64,000 bases of DNA from Lingula anatina (Eukaryota; Animalia; Brachiopoda). The stretch's first letter is position 1; each line of letters opens with the position of its first letter. Both the position numbers and the translations under genes were made by a program. The DNA is taken from the NCBI GenBank assembly GCA_051362555.1, contig CM120640.1:14322001-14386000 (forward strand). Reading direction: 5' to 3'. Shown one piece after another: positions 50,041 to 64,000 of this stretch. A model generated the notes under the pieces. That model was given only the letters and a program-made list of their open reading frames with translations, searched no databases and was not told where the DNA came from.

Positions 50041-53000
50041 TAAAACTTATTTGCAATATTAAACAAAATTTACCTGCATAATTATCACTGCTTCCTTATT
50101 ATTAATCTAGCAGAGAGCTTTACCTTTGGGAGTTTACAGGGAAATATCAACAAGTGTGCTTTATGTAATCTCATTTAATGGCCTATTAAGGCAAATGACT
50201 TTATAACTCTGAAATTAATCTAGTGATACCCAAGGGTAATTTACAGACTGACCCACTCAAAGGTCTTTCGGCCCATAAGTCACACTTTAAGAAAAGCACA
50301 AAACCATAATGCCCAAAATAGGAGACTACCAATCCTGATGCAATAATACATTATGTTTAACTGCACAGTCAACATCAACTTATGCACAACAGGTAACACA
50401 GACGAAATTAAAAGCATAAGGCTTCAGGCCCATCGGAGTTCAAGTTTATACTTAGAAAGTGCCAGAATGAGAAAAATGAAAATTTCACAAAAAATGCATA
50501 AATTCAATAAAAATGATAATCCAATAGAGCTGGTTTTCTCATATGAGCTGAAGGCCAATCCTAAAAATCGTACTTGTAAGTTAAAAATGATAATAAGTAG
50601 CACAGTTTTCTTTTCATAATGTTTGCAGTAGCAGTGCAAAAAGATTGTTGTCAATTTTGATGTAACCATACATAATAAATTAGAGAATAATTATCACCAA
50701 TTTTTGTTTATTGACTATACATAGGATGGACATGTAGAAAATATGATTACCATTCGGCTTCATGTCCATGGGAGCTCTGAGTCCCACAATGAATATGCCA
50801 AAAAGATAATGAATATTACACTAAAATGTATAGCTTCCAGAAAAAGAAGCCAATTAGACTGCTTTTCCAACTCAGGCTGCATTTTAGTCCTGTGTTTCTT
50901 TTTTGAAAGTTTGACAGTCATAAGTAACACAGTTTTCCCATAATGGTCATCAAGGCAGCAGCACCCAAAATTGTGTTTTCTTCTATTTTGATGCAACATT
51001 ACATAATGCTTAATGACCATTGATTTTTAATAATAAAATATAAGTGTCATGAATTTTCAGAAAATGTGACTAGCATGGGTCTTCAAGCCCGTGGAGGTTC
51101 TAAGTCATACATTGAAAATGCCAATATGTGAAAAATTACATTTTCACAAAAAAACTGCTTAACTACCAGAAAAATTTACCAAACAGACTGCATTGCCTAC
51201 TGAAGCTGTATTTTAGTCCCATGTTTCTTTCCTGTAAGTTTGAGAACAGTAAGTGACATGACTTTCCTTAAATGGTCATCATGGGAGCAGTGCCCAAAAT
51301 AGGGGTTTCTTCAAATTTTGATGCAATATTACATAGTGTTTTACAGCATAATGACCATCCATTTTTCATAATAAATTATACCTGTCATGGATTTTAAGAA
51401 AATGTGACTAGCATGGGTCTTCAAGCCCGTGGAGGTTCTAAGTCACACCTTGGAAATGCCAATAAGTAAAAAATTAAATTTTCACAAAAAACTGTTTAAT
51501 TGCCAGAAAAATTTACCAAACAGACTGCATTGTCTACTGAAGCTGTATTTTAGACCCACGTTTCTTTCCTGTAAGTTTGAGAACAGTAATTGACATGATT
51601 TTCCTTAAATGGTCATCATGGGAGCAGTGCCCAAAATAGGGGTTTCTTCAAATTTTGATGCAACATTACATAATGTTTTGCAGCATAATGACCATCAATT
51701 TTTAATTATAAAATATTAGTATCATGGTTATTCAGAAAATGTGACTAGCAAAAGTCTTCAGGCCCATGGAACTTTTAAGTCACATATTGAAAATGCCAAA
51801 ATGTAAACAAGACAGCACTGTTCTGAAATGGGTTTATTTCCATTTTTAACACTATTTTAACATAAAACAAAATAAACAGTTTACTGCCATTTTTATATGA
51901 CCAATGAAGAAAATTGATGAGATGGGAAAAGTATCAATAGAACAGTGTTAAATGTCCAACTTCCTCCATTCTGAGATTCTGAACATAGTGGATGAATGCA
52001 TCTGACAAACTGCAATGATATGAGATTATTTCCATTTTTGACACTTTATTACACAATACACGATAACAAGTTTACCATCATTTTTACATAACCAGCTAAA
52101 AATGTTGTAAAGATGCAGGAAATATCAAACAAACACTTTTACATTTCTTATTAGTTCAATTATGAGACTGTTAACATGCCTAAGAATTGAATCTGTGGAA
52201 TTGTGAAAAAACAGCATAACTCCTAAAATAATGGCCCGATTATACTGATTTTTGAACTCAACCTGCATTTTAGCAAGATTGACCACTCCTGTGAGTACAA
52301 TGACAATTGGCCAATCTGTTTTTCTTATATTGTGTTTACGGTGTTGCATATATGCTGACAAAAGTGAAAAAAAAAGCATAACTTCCCTAAAAATTACCCG
52401 ATCATGCTGATTTTCGAACTTGACCGGCGAATTATGAATATTCATCAGTTCTGTAAGTTTCAAACCAAAATGTAAAACAGTTTTTCACTTATCGTGTTTA
52501 CGGTGTTGCATATATGCTGAAAAAAGTGAAAAAAAGCATAACTTCCCTAAAAATTACCCGATCATGCTGATTTTCGTACTTAACCGGCGTATTATGAATA
52601 TTCATCAGTATTGTAAGTTTCAAGCCAAAATGTAATACAGTTTTTCACTTATCGTGTTTACGGTGTTGCATATATGCTGAACAAGACAGCACTGTTCTGA
52701 AATGGGTTTATTTCCATTTTTAACACTTTTTTAACATAAAACAAAATAAACATTTTACTGCCATTTTTATATGACCAACTAAAAAAATTGATGAAATGGG
52801 AAAAGTATCAATAGAACAGTGTTAAATGTCCAATTTCCTCCATTCTGAGATTCTGAACATAGTGGATGATTGAATCTGACAAACTGCAATGATATGAGTT
52901 TATTTCCATTTTTGACACTTTATTACACAATACATGATAACAAGTTTACCATGTTTTTTACATAATCAACTAACAATGTTGTAAAGATGCAGGAAATATC

Positions 53001-56000
53001 AAACAAACACTTTTAGGCATCTTATTAGTTAAATAATGAGACTGTTAACATGCTTAAGAATTGAATCTGAGGAAATGTGAAAAAAACAGTATAACTTCTA
53101 AAATAATGGCCCGATTATGCTGATTTTCGAACTCAACCTGCGTTTTAGTAAGATTGACCACTCCTGTGAGTATAATTACAATTGGCCAATCCGTTTTTCT
53201 TATATTGTGTTATCAGTGTTGCATTTATATTGAAAATAGTGAAAAAACAGCATAAATTCCCTCAAAATAGCCCAATCATGCTGATTTTCGAACTTGACCT
53301 GCGTATTATGAATATTCATCAGTTCTGTAAGTTTCAAGTCAAAAGGTAAAATGGTTTTCCACTTATCGTGTTATCGGTGCTGCATATATGCTGAAAAAAG
53401 TGAAAAAACAGCATAAATTCCCTAAAAGTGACCCGATCATGCTGATTTTCGAACTTGACCTGCGTATTATGAATATTCATCAGTTCTGTAAGTTTCAAGT
53501 CAAAAGGTAAAATGGTTTTCCACTTATCGTGTTATCGGTGCTGCATATATGCTGAAAAAGTGAAAAAACAGCATAAATTCCCTCAGAGTGACCCGATCAT
53601 GCTGATTTTCGAACTTGACCTGCGTATTATGAATATTCATCAGTTCTGCAAGTTTCAAATCAAAAGGTAAAATGGTTTTCCACTTATCGTGTTATCGGTA
53701 AAAGTGCACGGCGACGGCGACGACGGCGACGACAGCGACGACGGCGACGACAGACGCAGATGATGGCTATATGTACAGACACATCTGTGTCTGTACATAA
53801 AAAGCCAAATTCATAATTTACAAATTTTATTTACATTGACTTAAATACCTGTATTTCACACACAGGACTTCCTCAGACATCTTCAGAGTTCTTGTGTGGA
53901 CTAAGGTTAACCTCTTGCTGTGGATAAAAATAGTTGGGTGTTTCAAAAAATTGTCACCTGATCAAAATTATACCTTAACTTTCATTCTTTTCAAAGGAGT
54001 GAGTGACTAGAAAGTAGCAATAGGTAGGTAGGTTTTTGTTTGTGCAGACAGAAAAGTTGATGAAAGCTATCAAAGTTTATAGAAAAGAAATAACGAAATA
54101 CACAGACACTGATATCAGTATACTTTTCTCTGTTTATGTTATAAAAAATAAGAAAAAATGAACACACATTGTCACTTTAATGTTTAGACTCACCTCGTCT
54201 TAGAGTATTTCTCATCAGTTACGAGTTCAAAGTCCCAGAACTTGACTTCTTTGTCAGCGCTACCAGAGATTATGCCTCTCTAGAACAAAATGTAAAAATA
54301 TTAAACAAAAACAAACAATGTGTCATTAAAAACGGTGTAAGTTTATAATTTTGTAATTAGAATGAAATGACCAAATGATATGAAATGAGCTCACCTTGTC
54401 TGGTGCCATACATACAGACCATACGGCACCCGAGTGAGCTTCAACATTTTCCAGCAAAGATCCCGAAGCTATGTCAAATATCTGAAGTTTTCCACTCTGG
54501 AACAATACGTCAAACATAATCTTACTGAAATCAATTGAAACAAAACACAACATGATTATGCAGCATCTCCTAAATGTTCAAATCTACACAATCAATTATT
54601 TGATAATAATTAACAGGAATATGATAAACACTTCTCACAACTGATTTTAAGATTTCAAGCTGTATCAACTCACTTTACTTCCAATGATGGCGTGTCTGTC
54701 TCCAGGAGCAAACATTGAACACAGACCGTACTCACAGTCAATTGTTCTGATGCACTGCTGTGTGGTCCTGAAATATGAATTTAAAGCAACAAATCAATCA
54801 GACCAATCAATAAAATGTATGCAATACATATACATATACCGGTATCTAACTTATAGTTTCACTTCAAATAACTAACGCAGTAAACTTTTGTTATCAAACA
54901 AAGTAGAGTCTTCTCCACTTTTTCTCTTCAGCAAATACCAGTACTGTAGGGCTATCATTAGCATCCCTCATAATGTATACAAATGGCCAGTTTCCATTAA
55001 CATATCTTGTAAAAGACAGAGGCAGAGAAACCCAGCATACATAAGCCTAAACTCTGGCCTACCTGTTCCACACCTTCATGGTCTCCCCACTAGTGGACAG
55101 GACAGCTGTGTTATCTGAGCTAAAACAGACACTACGCACATCTGACCGATGTCCAGCCGAACTAAGTTTGGTCACACACTCTGCTACAGGCTTTTTCTCT
55201 TTTATGTTTAAACTTTGAAGCTCTAGGGTATTGTTGCTTAAATGACAGACAATCTGAAAAAAAATTTTCCAGTTGTGTTATTATTCCACGTTAAATCATT
55301 ACTCATTCTGAAACTGTCTCGCACCCAGTTTGATCCAAACATAAAAGTAGGAAATAGAGTAATTGCATTATCTAATGCACTGAAAGACAACAACAGATCA
55401 TGTTTACAACTTGATTGCTGAATGACTTAGGTTAACACCTCAGGTGGGCTAGCTTGCTGTCCCATCAATATTTTTCCACTACATATATAGTGAAGATGTT
55501 CACCTTTGCTACTTCTGCACTGTCAACAATGCAGTCAAAGGACCTGATTTTGCTCGACAGCTTTGTCAGACTCAGTCTTTGTATTTCATCTTCAACTGTC
55601 TGGGTAACATTCTCACTCAAGCCTTCTTGTCCAGTCTCCCTGAAAAAGTTTAAATTGTTTAAAATAAACAACCATCCTCTATAAAAAGTTGCAAAAGCAC
55701 ATAAATATAACTGATAAGTAATATAAAATATCTCATCACATTACTTTTAATAAAATAAAACAAATAAATGACCCCAGTATATTGTTGCTAAAATGACAGA
55801 CACTTGCATGTAGGTAAACCAGAAATCTACATACACTACAGTACATCATTCTACAGTATTTCATTATTAGTCATTACAATTTACATTTCAGCTTTGCAGA
55901 ATTGCAAAATTAGGTATTCTTTCGCTCACCTAGCTCTTTTTCTTGCTCTCTTCTGTTTTTTGTGCAAATGCTTTTCTATTTCCTCTTCAGAGACTAGCTT

Positions 56001-59000
56001 AAAAACTTCTAATGTGTTTTCGTTACCCTGTAATGAAACACTAGTACTATAACTATAATGCAGCACTACAGCGAAGCAGGAAATTTATATCATTTTATGT
56101 TATTTTTCATCCCATTTGACCTCACGCTACAGGTTTATATTCAATATTTCCATTGTCCATATAGTACCACTGCTGCAGAAAAAATATTTCTATTATGGCA
56201 CTTAGCAGAAAAAAGAATTGCCATAATATACAAGCACTCTTTTAAAAACACTTCTGTGCACAGCAAAATAATGCATGTACTGTACAGGGTTTACTCACAT
56301 GACAACCTAATATCCTTCCTGATGGGTCAGACACAATGGATACCACTCTATCTCTTCCTTGACGCATCAGAGAGCCAAGCTTATGACAGGCCAGTATCAT
56401 CTACAGGAAATATTATGACACATCAGTACCTTTTATTTGTAATATATTCAGTATCATCATGAATTAACTAAAACAACTGACTAAAGAAATAAATGTGTTC
56501 AAGGAGTTCAAAGGAATGCCCTTATGAAGAGTGGTCAAGATTTAGAACAGGAGTTGGCTCCTGAGAAAATAGGAACTTTCTAAACTACAGGGTCACCTCT
56601 TCCTCCTCCTCAGCATCTTCTTCTTCTTCTTCTTCTTCATTTTCTGTCTGTTTGGCTTTCTTTGCTGGATTGGGACCTTCTGACTCCTATTTACAAACAT
56701 ACATAAGTTTTCAACCAGCACCAATGCATTCAATACAAAAAACTAATAATGGAGTATTATAAGATTGTTTAATTTTCATGACTGTCAAATGTAAGGGAAA
56801 CAAATTTCAACAGCTGTGTTATAATTTATTTATTTATAATAGGTTATTCTAACAAAAGCTGAAATCCAGAGTCATTAAGCTATAACTCTGAGTTTTAGCT
56901 GTTGTTTGAACAATATATTATCAAAATTCAAATACAAAGGATTTTATTGACAAGAGTCTTTTCAGTTCCCCAGTACACACTGGTTAAGTTAAAAATGCAC
57001 CATAAATCAAGACCCACATCCCCTCACCTCATCAAGATATAGCATCTTCCAGACTCTGAGCTCACTGTCAGCTGACCCAGTGATAAGACGATGTTCATCG
57101 TGAAACAAGACAAGATCCCAAACCTGATTAAAAAACATTCACATAAAACAGAATTAAGATAAATATATACTTCATAATATTTGAATATTTGAACTTGCAA
57201 TTCATAAATTACAGGCAAATGCCTTTATCTGGTCTACAGAAAATAGGTAATAGGTATATATGAACAGATAAAAGTGTCCAATACAGAATATAATTCTTCT
57301 AAAAACACACACACACATACAACTGTACATGCAACGGAATGATTTTTGGGGCAAAATGATTCTAAATATCTAAAATGTACCTGTGCAAAAAATTATTTTG
57401 TAAATCTATGCAATGTCCTGCAAATATTAAAGTACAAGAATAAGAATATACCAGAATTCTTCAGTGCTTTTTACCTACATATTCAACTTTCTCTTTATCT
57501 ATCTTTACTTCAATATCCACAGTGCCTCACCTCAGTCCTGTGTCCTACTAGTGTCTTGAAGCAGTGCTGAGTGTCCAGGTCCCAAAATTTTACAAAAGTG
57601 TCCTTGGAGCTAGCCACAGTGGAGTAATTTCAATTTAGTACATATCAAACATGTAACCAAACTTAGAAAACAATTCAAAAGGAGTAAGTACTAGAGCTTT
57701 CAATTTGGTGGAAAGCTTTGTGCAGGAACATTACAGTGTGACATGTTTTGCTACCAAATATTTTGTATCGACTTAAAAGACAATTAATAAGTTGGCTAAA
57801 GAATACAACTGGACTTAATTTTGATGAAATTAGATTTATTTGCTTTTTTATCAAAAGAAGAAATGCATAAGGCATTGGTTTGGTCAGAGGGGAAATTTAA
57901 CAACAGCAACCCCACCCACCCACCCAACAGTTGAACACACACAAAAAATCTTGATGCTGTTGTTTTTTATTGTCTTGCTCAAAAATTACCCTCACTGTGA
58001 ATTAGAATTATTTAGCACATTACACATCATATCTTTATTTTAAAAAAAACAAATACAAATTTTGTTTGCAGACCCTGTTTACAGTCACCATCCGTTAAGT
58101 TAACCAACTTATTAATTTTGTCTGCCTTAAGTTTAATATCCAAACACAACAAACAGATTCAAAATTGATGTGAGAAAAACATCTAAGAATACATGAATGG
58201 TACAGTCTATCGGGGCAGCAGATTAATTATGTGCACTTTTCTCCAGTGTAAGAAAAAGTGTCATGAATTAGCCACTGACACATTTGTGAATATCAAGTGA
58301 AAAATCAATGTGATCCTATTAAAAAGTACAATGATGGCACTCTTTATTTTTCAAAAGAAATTACATAACGAAAACATGTTTTTCGTAACAGGTAAAACTG
58401 TAAAACTTACCTTGAAATCAATAAATTCCTGTTATTAAAAAATCTGACCTGGGTCACCATTCCTTTGTGTCCTTTTAATCTGTACAGACCACTTTCATTG
58501 ACTATATCCCACACTATGATATCAGTATCCTGTAAGAAATTATTTCAAATTTCAACTAATCTGCTTTTAACTAGTTATTATGTCTCAGTTTCATTATATA
58601 TTAAATAAATTTAAGAAGAAATAGATTTCTTGTCTTTTGTCTAATGGAGATGAAAAAGTAAGATGTCATGTCTCACAGGTTATGACAGGCAGAAAAACTG
58701 TTTCAGTATTCTAAGAAATAAAACTAACATTTATTTTAAGTTTTGATCATTTCCAGCTAAAAACATGTTTGTTAAAATACATATAGATATAAACTGCTGA
58801 TTTAACCCAAACACCACAAACACATGCAGTCAACTGTTTAGAAGCATTAAAAGTGGTCAAATTTCAGTTGATATGACTGTTGATTCCATACTTCATTCAA
58901 TTCCAACTTGAACTAGACCTTTTTAATTCAAATAGCCATACAAGTACCTTTGCTCCAGATGCCAGTCGCACCCCAGTTTTGTCATAGTTGAGAGCAGACA

Positions 59001-59602
59001 CAGCAGATTTATGACCACTAAATTTGACAGTGCATTCTCCAGTCAAAACGTCAAAGATGCGAACAGTGCCATCATGGTAACCTACAGCTACATGGCGCTG
59101 ACTTGGGCTTTTGGCAATTACTGTGACTTCATGTTTTTCTCCTTTTAATTCTAGGTGCTAAAACATTAACATGTTTCGCCTTATAATCATCTATCATTTC
59201 AGAGTAATATAGTACATTTGACTAAATTAAATGGAATAATATTGTAGACAATCTTTTTCAAATGAAAAAAAAAAGACATTATGGAACTTAATGCAAGGTA
59301 CAGTTTTAAAGAAAGTTCACAAAAAATGTATTTATATATTTTTTCAAAATCCACTTCAAAAAACTGTTGGTAACATACATGTACACTGTTCTTATCAGTG
59401 TTTGATTTCAATACACTTACGACATTCTTACCTTCTCTCCTTTCCGCATATCCCAAATGATAACATTTTCACATGCGCCAACAGCACAAAACTTGCCTTT
59501 GTTGCCATGTATTTCCAAGAACACCACATTGGACTTGTGACTTCCAATAACACCAAATACTGCACTTGGTGCATACCGCAGGTATTGCTTAGTGACTCCC
59601 AT
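44926..59602 (-). CDS. WDR3: WD repeat-containing protein 3 (UTP12/DIP2, SSU processome)
   Basis: 25 exons from 59432-59602 ([21 protein letters not shown]) through 58411-58529 ([23 protein letters not shown]), 48570-48727 ([28 protein letters not shown]) and 45921-46049 ([11 protein letters not shown]) to 44926-45078 ([13 protein letters not shown]...*). Confidence 0.96.
45214..45561 (+). mobile_element. Kolobok-like non-autonomous element in the last WDR3 intron
   Basis: Same TIRs and TTAA TSDs (45210-45213, 45562-45565) as the copy at 42841. Confidence 0.85.
49679..49916 (+). mobile_element. Small HINE-like element nested in the larger one
   Basis: ctagaaaagcact...cctctgccaagg ... gacagacaaac..ccttggcagag; same family as 62172-63006. 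Confidence 0.7.
49963..50036. repeat. (AT)n microsatellite
   Basis: Read directly from the sequence. Confidence 0.97.
50255..51803. repeat. Diverged tandem repeat, ~337-bp period (probable dimer of a ~168-bp monomer)
   Basis: gtgactagca at 51066, 51404 and 51741; cttcaggcccat-like motif at ~50422, 50758, 51081, 51419 and 51756. Confidence 0.8.
51805..53700. repeat. 874-bp duplicated block, each copy ending in a ~161-bp satellite array
   Basis: gacagcactgttctg at 51811 and 52685; gcataa..ccgatcatgctgattttcgaacttgacc units at 52214, 52376, 52536, 53089, 53250, 53411 and 53571. Confidence 0.9.
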
Positions 59603-60565
59603 TTAGCTTGAAGAATACAAAATACTGCTTATCAATTAGAGGCAGTGGTATTCTCAATGCAGCATGAAAAAATGATGTGTTAGCACTGTTTAAAAAATAT
59701 TTATCAGAAAAAAATTATTTAATGTAGGGTTTTTCTTTCATATTTCTGATTAATGTTTACAGGCTGACTCTAATAATGGCTCAAATAAATGGCTAAAATT
59801 ACATAGGACTATCATCTTCAATGTGTTATTAATATAAAACTTAGACTTCCATGTCTTCTTGTACATTTTAAAAGGAAATATCAACATCAGGAACTCATAG
59901 TGCAAGGGGTTTATCATGTAAGGTATGAATTAGGAAAGATAAGATAAATGTAACTTTGCAAAATATATGTGGAATATGTCATCGAACATTTTCAATTTTG
60001 GTTGGTATACATTTAATTGATTCCTAAGGCAATTATTTAAAAGGTAACTGTACAATATACAGTGACCACTATTTCCTCAAATTGTCTAAGAATATGGAAC
60101 ACTCTCACTTCTTACATCTGAAGCGAGAGTGGATAAAATCAATTGAATGATAAGACCAAAAGAGTTAATTAATATTTTTATGTTATTGAGAGAGTGTTTT
60201 GAGTCCTCCAGTGGCATTAGAATGGTAACTTAGTATATACCACTGATACTGAATCTGACATCGGTCAGCTCGTAAGTTTCAGTTTCAGAGATATTCATTG
60301 TCATCTCTTGTTATTGTTAGTATTACTTTCAATTCAAGCCATAACTGTATACAAGATTCATTTGGAGTGTCGATTCACCGTGAAACCCCAGAACCTCTGC
60401 ACTTTCTTTCTTTTGGAGAGTATTTTGATTTGTTGTTTTCTAGCACTAATTCGGTAACTTAACAAAGTGCAACGTTTACATCAACCAGGGGTCCTACGAA
60501 AATACGAAAACCGCGAAAACCGCGAAAACCAGAAGTTGCTAGGCGAAAACCTCATTATAACTTAC

Positions 60566-60730
60566 CAATTCTCGATGTTCTCCACAAGTTGCTGTAATAT
60601 TTGGATAACTTGGACCATATTACATACATCATGACCTTTGATAACGATGTTGTAATGAATTGAGTATGTAACAGCTGAGTTTTCTAGATCGGCAACTATT
60701 AGTGCGTGGGAGCCATGTTTGGTTTACAAT
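60566..60730 (-). promoter_or_regulatory. Putative WDR3 promoter and non-coding first exon
   Basis: Donor ttg|gtaagt at 60565; YY1-like aaacatggc at ~60712-60720; acceptor 4 nt before the ATG at 59606. Confidence 0.4.
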
Positions 60731-62171
60731 TGGCATATATAAACAGCAGTGTCCCCTCAGGCCAGTATTGCCATATCAGGCCAGTATTGCCCTCTCGGGT
60801 TAGTAATGCTTTTCCAGGCAAGTAATACTCTCTCAAGTACTATATGAAGTGGATAACACAGATTACCTGCATTCTTAGTAATACAAAGTTTATTAATAAA
60901 TAGGAATTAATAAATATGCACAAAGTAGGACTTTTTTTTTCATTCCAACCAGAAGTAAAACTACACATCAATGCTTGTAAAAAGTGCCAATTTTAATACA
61001 CCATACATGTAGAGTCTATATTGTATGAGCTGTGAACCTGCATAGAATTTACACTCCTACTTAAATATAAAATGAGAAGCATTGTTTAATAAAGTGACCA
61101 GCATAGAGCAATTTATAAAGCATTATGAAAATGTAGGTTCTAATTAACATAATTGATAATATTCAATATATATAATAATGGTGAATACAATTAAATTATT
61201 TTTATTAAAACATTTTTTCCTCTGAACTTGATCCATGGCCACTGATTTTGTTATTTAATCACATTTTATCTTACTCTTTTTGAAAAGATATTCATGCACA
61301 GCCATTTGTTACACTAATTGTTTTTCACTTAATAAACCAAATCCATTTCTAAAGCATCAGTTAATTTATAGATTGTACATATGTGCATCCTAAGGTGTCT
61401 AATACACATTTTACCTTCAAATCAATGTGTTTAATTGTTTTTACATTTGGGTTCTGTGTATGTGCCAGTATACAGAGATAAGCTCTTTTAACTCTGAAAA
61501 AATGTCAATAGTCAGTTAATCATGCATATATATTATATGCACAATAATGGAGAAAAAAAAGGAAAAAGGAACACACATTAAACACATGTACTGGTACTCT
61601 GATTTGCAGGAGGCATTTTCTCTTGAAAGGAGATATAACAGATTACAACTGCATGATGTTATGTGATTGACATAATAAATAGTTTACTCCTAGACTAGAG
61701 TTTTAGGCAGTGCACATCTAATTTCGTAATTGATATGATATGTTTATCTTTCAATTCCATATCTATTTCATCATTTCTGTGTCTATGCTGTGTGTGTTTT
61801 AACACTGCAACTTTTTGTATGGTAAGTTTTTATCAGTTTGTAGCACCCTGTTTGTTGAAGATTGCCAAAAAGCAAATGAAGTTATGTATATGAAGATAGT
61901 CCATAACATGTTAACACCTTGGTATTTTCCACTATTTGCTGAATATTGGCATGCTGTAATATCAAGGGACTGTTGACAGTTCTTATTTGCCAGGAAGTTG
62001 ATCAATAGTAAATAATAGTGTGTGCTTGTATATTTCATTTGCCATATATTTAAAGCATGTAATATACCAAACTTGGGCCAGTTTTGGGCCTTGCTTTTTC
62101 TTGGGCTTGCATTCTGCTTGGTATAATAAAAGGAATATAAAATAAAAAGTGTTAGTTTTCTTGTAAAGAAT

Positions 62172-63006
62172 ATTATTACCTCTGCCAAGGAGGCTATGTT
62201 TTCACCCCTGTTTGTTTGTTTGTTTGTTTGTCATCACCATAACTAAAAAGTTATGGATAAATTTCAATGGCATTTTCAGGGTAGGTCAGAAATGGGTTAA
62301 CTTAGAAGTGATTAGTTTTTGGTAGTGATCTGGATCAATAATCAGTCAATAATAAAAAACTAAATCATTATAGAATGAAAATTTAGGAGTGAAATGGCAT
62401 TGGATGGACACTCTGCTGCCTTAGAGCGCATTCTCAACGAAGTAAGCCAGGCTTTACAAAGCCGGTGACCTAAAAATGGCGGACGTACATGAAAGAAAAA
62501 CCGCCTAATCTTTTAATAGTCTCTCCGCCTCTCACACGCCTCCCCACACGTCGTCCCTGTGGGGTACAGTAATTAATTCTCGGCTCCGAACATTTATATT
62601 TCCGTGAATATCTCTGGTGATATTATCTCCGTAGATAGTCGATTCATTGCTGCTCTACGGGCCAAATTATTCCTTTTCGTCTCTGTTTTCAAAGATAATA
62701 GAACAGAAGAGCTTTTTTCCTTCGATCGCCCTCAGCCGCAATGCTTTCTTCACCACGAGTTTAACTGATGAGCATGCGCACTTAATATTTCTCAGGTAGC
62801 TTCCGCATGGCGAACGGAGACGCGATTTAATTACTGTACCCCGCAGGGACGACGTGTGGGGAGGCGGAGAGACTATTAAAAGATTAGGCGGTTTTTCTTT
62901 CATGTACGTCCGCCATTTTTAGGTCACTGGCTTTGTAAAGCCTGGCTTACTTCATTGAGAATGCGCTCTTAGTGGAGGTCTGCGGTCTCTTAGTGCTTTT
63001 CTAGTT
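62172..63006 (-). mobile_element. HINE-like element interrupted by a MITE
   Basis: attattacctctgccaagg plus (gttt)n at one end; ggaggtctgc...gtgcttttctagtt at the other. Confidence 0.7.
62424..62968. mobile_element. Young PIF/Harbinger-like fold-back MITE
   Basis: Near-perfect TIRs of ~150 bp (gagcgcattctca... / ...tgagaatgcgctc) with a TTA TSD (62421-62423, 62969-62971). Confidence 0.88.
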
Positions 63007-64000
63007 GCCATTATAAATAAACTATTGTGTACACTTTGTACTTTAAAAGTATTATAAGTTCTCAACCAATGCATTTCTCAATGGTGTATAATATATTGGG
63101 AAAGGAAGGTAACATTTTTGAAACAGATCATTAGTCCACTATTCTGAATGTGGCCTATATTTGTAAAATTGTCAGCTCTCTACCGTATTAATTCTCCTCT
63201 AAAACTTTATTCCTTTAAATATCTGGCCAAATAAGAATTATGCTTTGGCAATAGCATATAGCTCCAATATGATTTGAACTACTTTTGAAAGGGGACATTA
63301 TTCTAGGTCAAAAACAAATGTTGCTTTAGTTCTAAATGCTTTAGCCATCATAAATGGGTTAAAACCCTGATAAAATTATAATCAATACTTAGACAAATTA
63401 TGAATCTACATATTTAAGGTCATAGATTGTGTTGCGCTTTACAGAGCAGCCATACGTATTCATATGTAACATGTTCTAAGGCCAAAATAAAAAACTTCAG
63501 ACAAATGCATTGAACGATTTGGATGTGTTTATTCTCAGAACTCGCTAGTCCGAAATGCAGACTGCATACACAGCACAAATTGCATTTTCTTAAAAGAATT
63601 TTTGTATCTTTCTGATTACCATTGGGATTTACTACCTACTGCATTCATGTCATTGTTTATATGTTATGATTGGATCAGTCCAATAAGTATTGTGGTTAGG
63701 AGGGTTAAGTTGACAATGGCTAACTGTTATCCGCAGGTGTAAAAGAAATGACTGAAATGCATATATTAAATTTGGTGTAAAATGGTTCAAATTTTTTGAA
63801 GACCTGGGATTTCTTTCACACAAACAAGTTAACAAGTTAACAAGCTAACAAACAGAAAAGCATTTTTTGAGACACACGTTATAAATACTTATTTCATCAA
63901 GTTAAAGATGCATCTAAAAATGCATATTCATCATATATTCTAATATCATAAAACAGCCAGAAGGCCAAGCACACAGTTGGGTAGAATTCTTATAGGAAAA

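Larger units (their letters stand above)
49123..53802. mobile_element. Large composite HINE-like (Helentron non-autonomous) element in a WDR3 intron
   Basis: Left end aaacaaggcagc-aaa-gctgtc plus subTIR atgtacagaca (~49148). Right end has a (cgacgg/cga)n microsatellite, then the perfect palindrome tatgtacagacaca-tc-tgtgtctgtacata (53770-53799). Confidence 0.7.

Noticed and set aside
60755-60800. Direct repeat tcaggccagtattgcc x2
   Set aside because: Likely a short TE remnant; too little sequence to assign.

Overview
This is AT-rich, intron-rich animal genomic DNA. The repeat types suggest a bivalve mollusc, probably an oyster; that assignment is inference. Eight spliced genes can be assembled by hand from splice sites and family motifs: the 3' part of MYBBP1A (+), a MIF-family gene (-), TMEM134 (+), TRAFD1 (-), TIMM10 (+, GC-AG intron), NAA25 (+), MGST3 (-) and WDR3/UTP12 (-). 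Introns carry many non-autonomous DNA transposons: Helentron/HINE-like elements with satellite arrays, plus IS3EU-, Kolobok-, Harbinger-, hAT- and Mutator-like MITEs. The main finding is in MGST3. The exon encoding the last membrane helix is present as three divergent, intact tandem copies plus one remnant, all in the same splice phase. The cluster also has a putative docking/selector RNA-pairing motif, dense Rbfox GCAUG motifs and downstream mini-exons that can add different Cys-rich tails. Together these look like a mutually exclusive splicing cassette that diversifies a detoxification enzyme. All gene names rest on my recall of family sequences; no database search was run.
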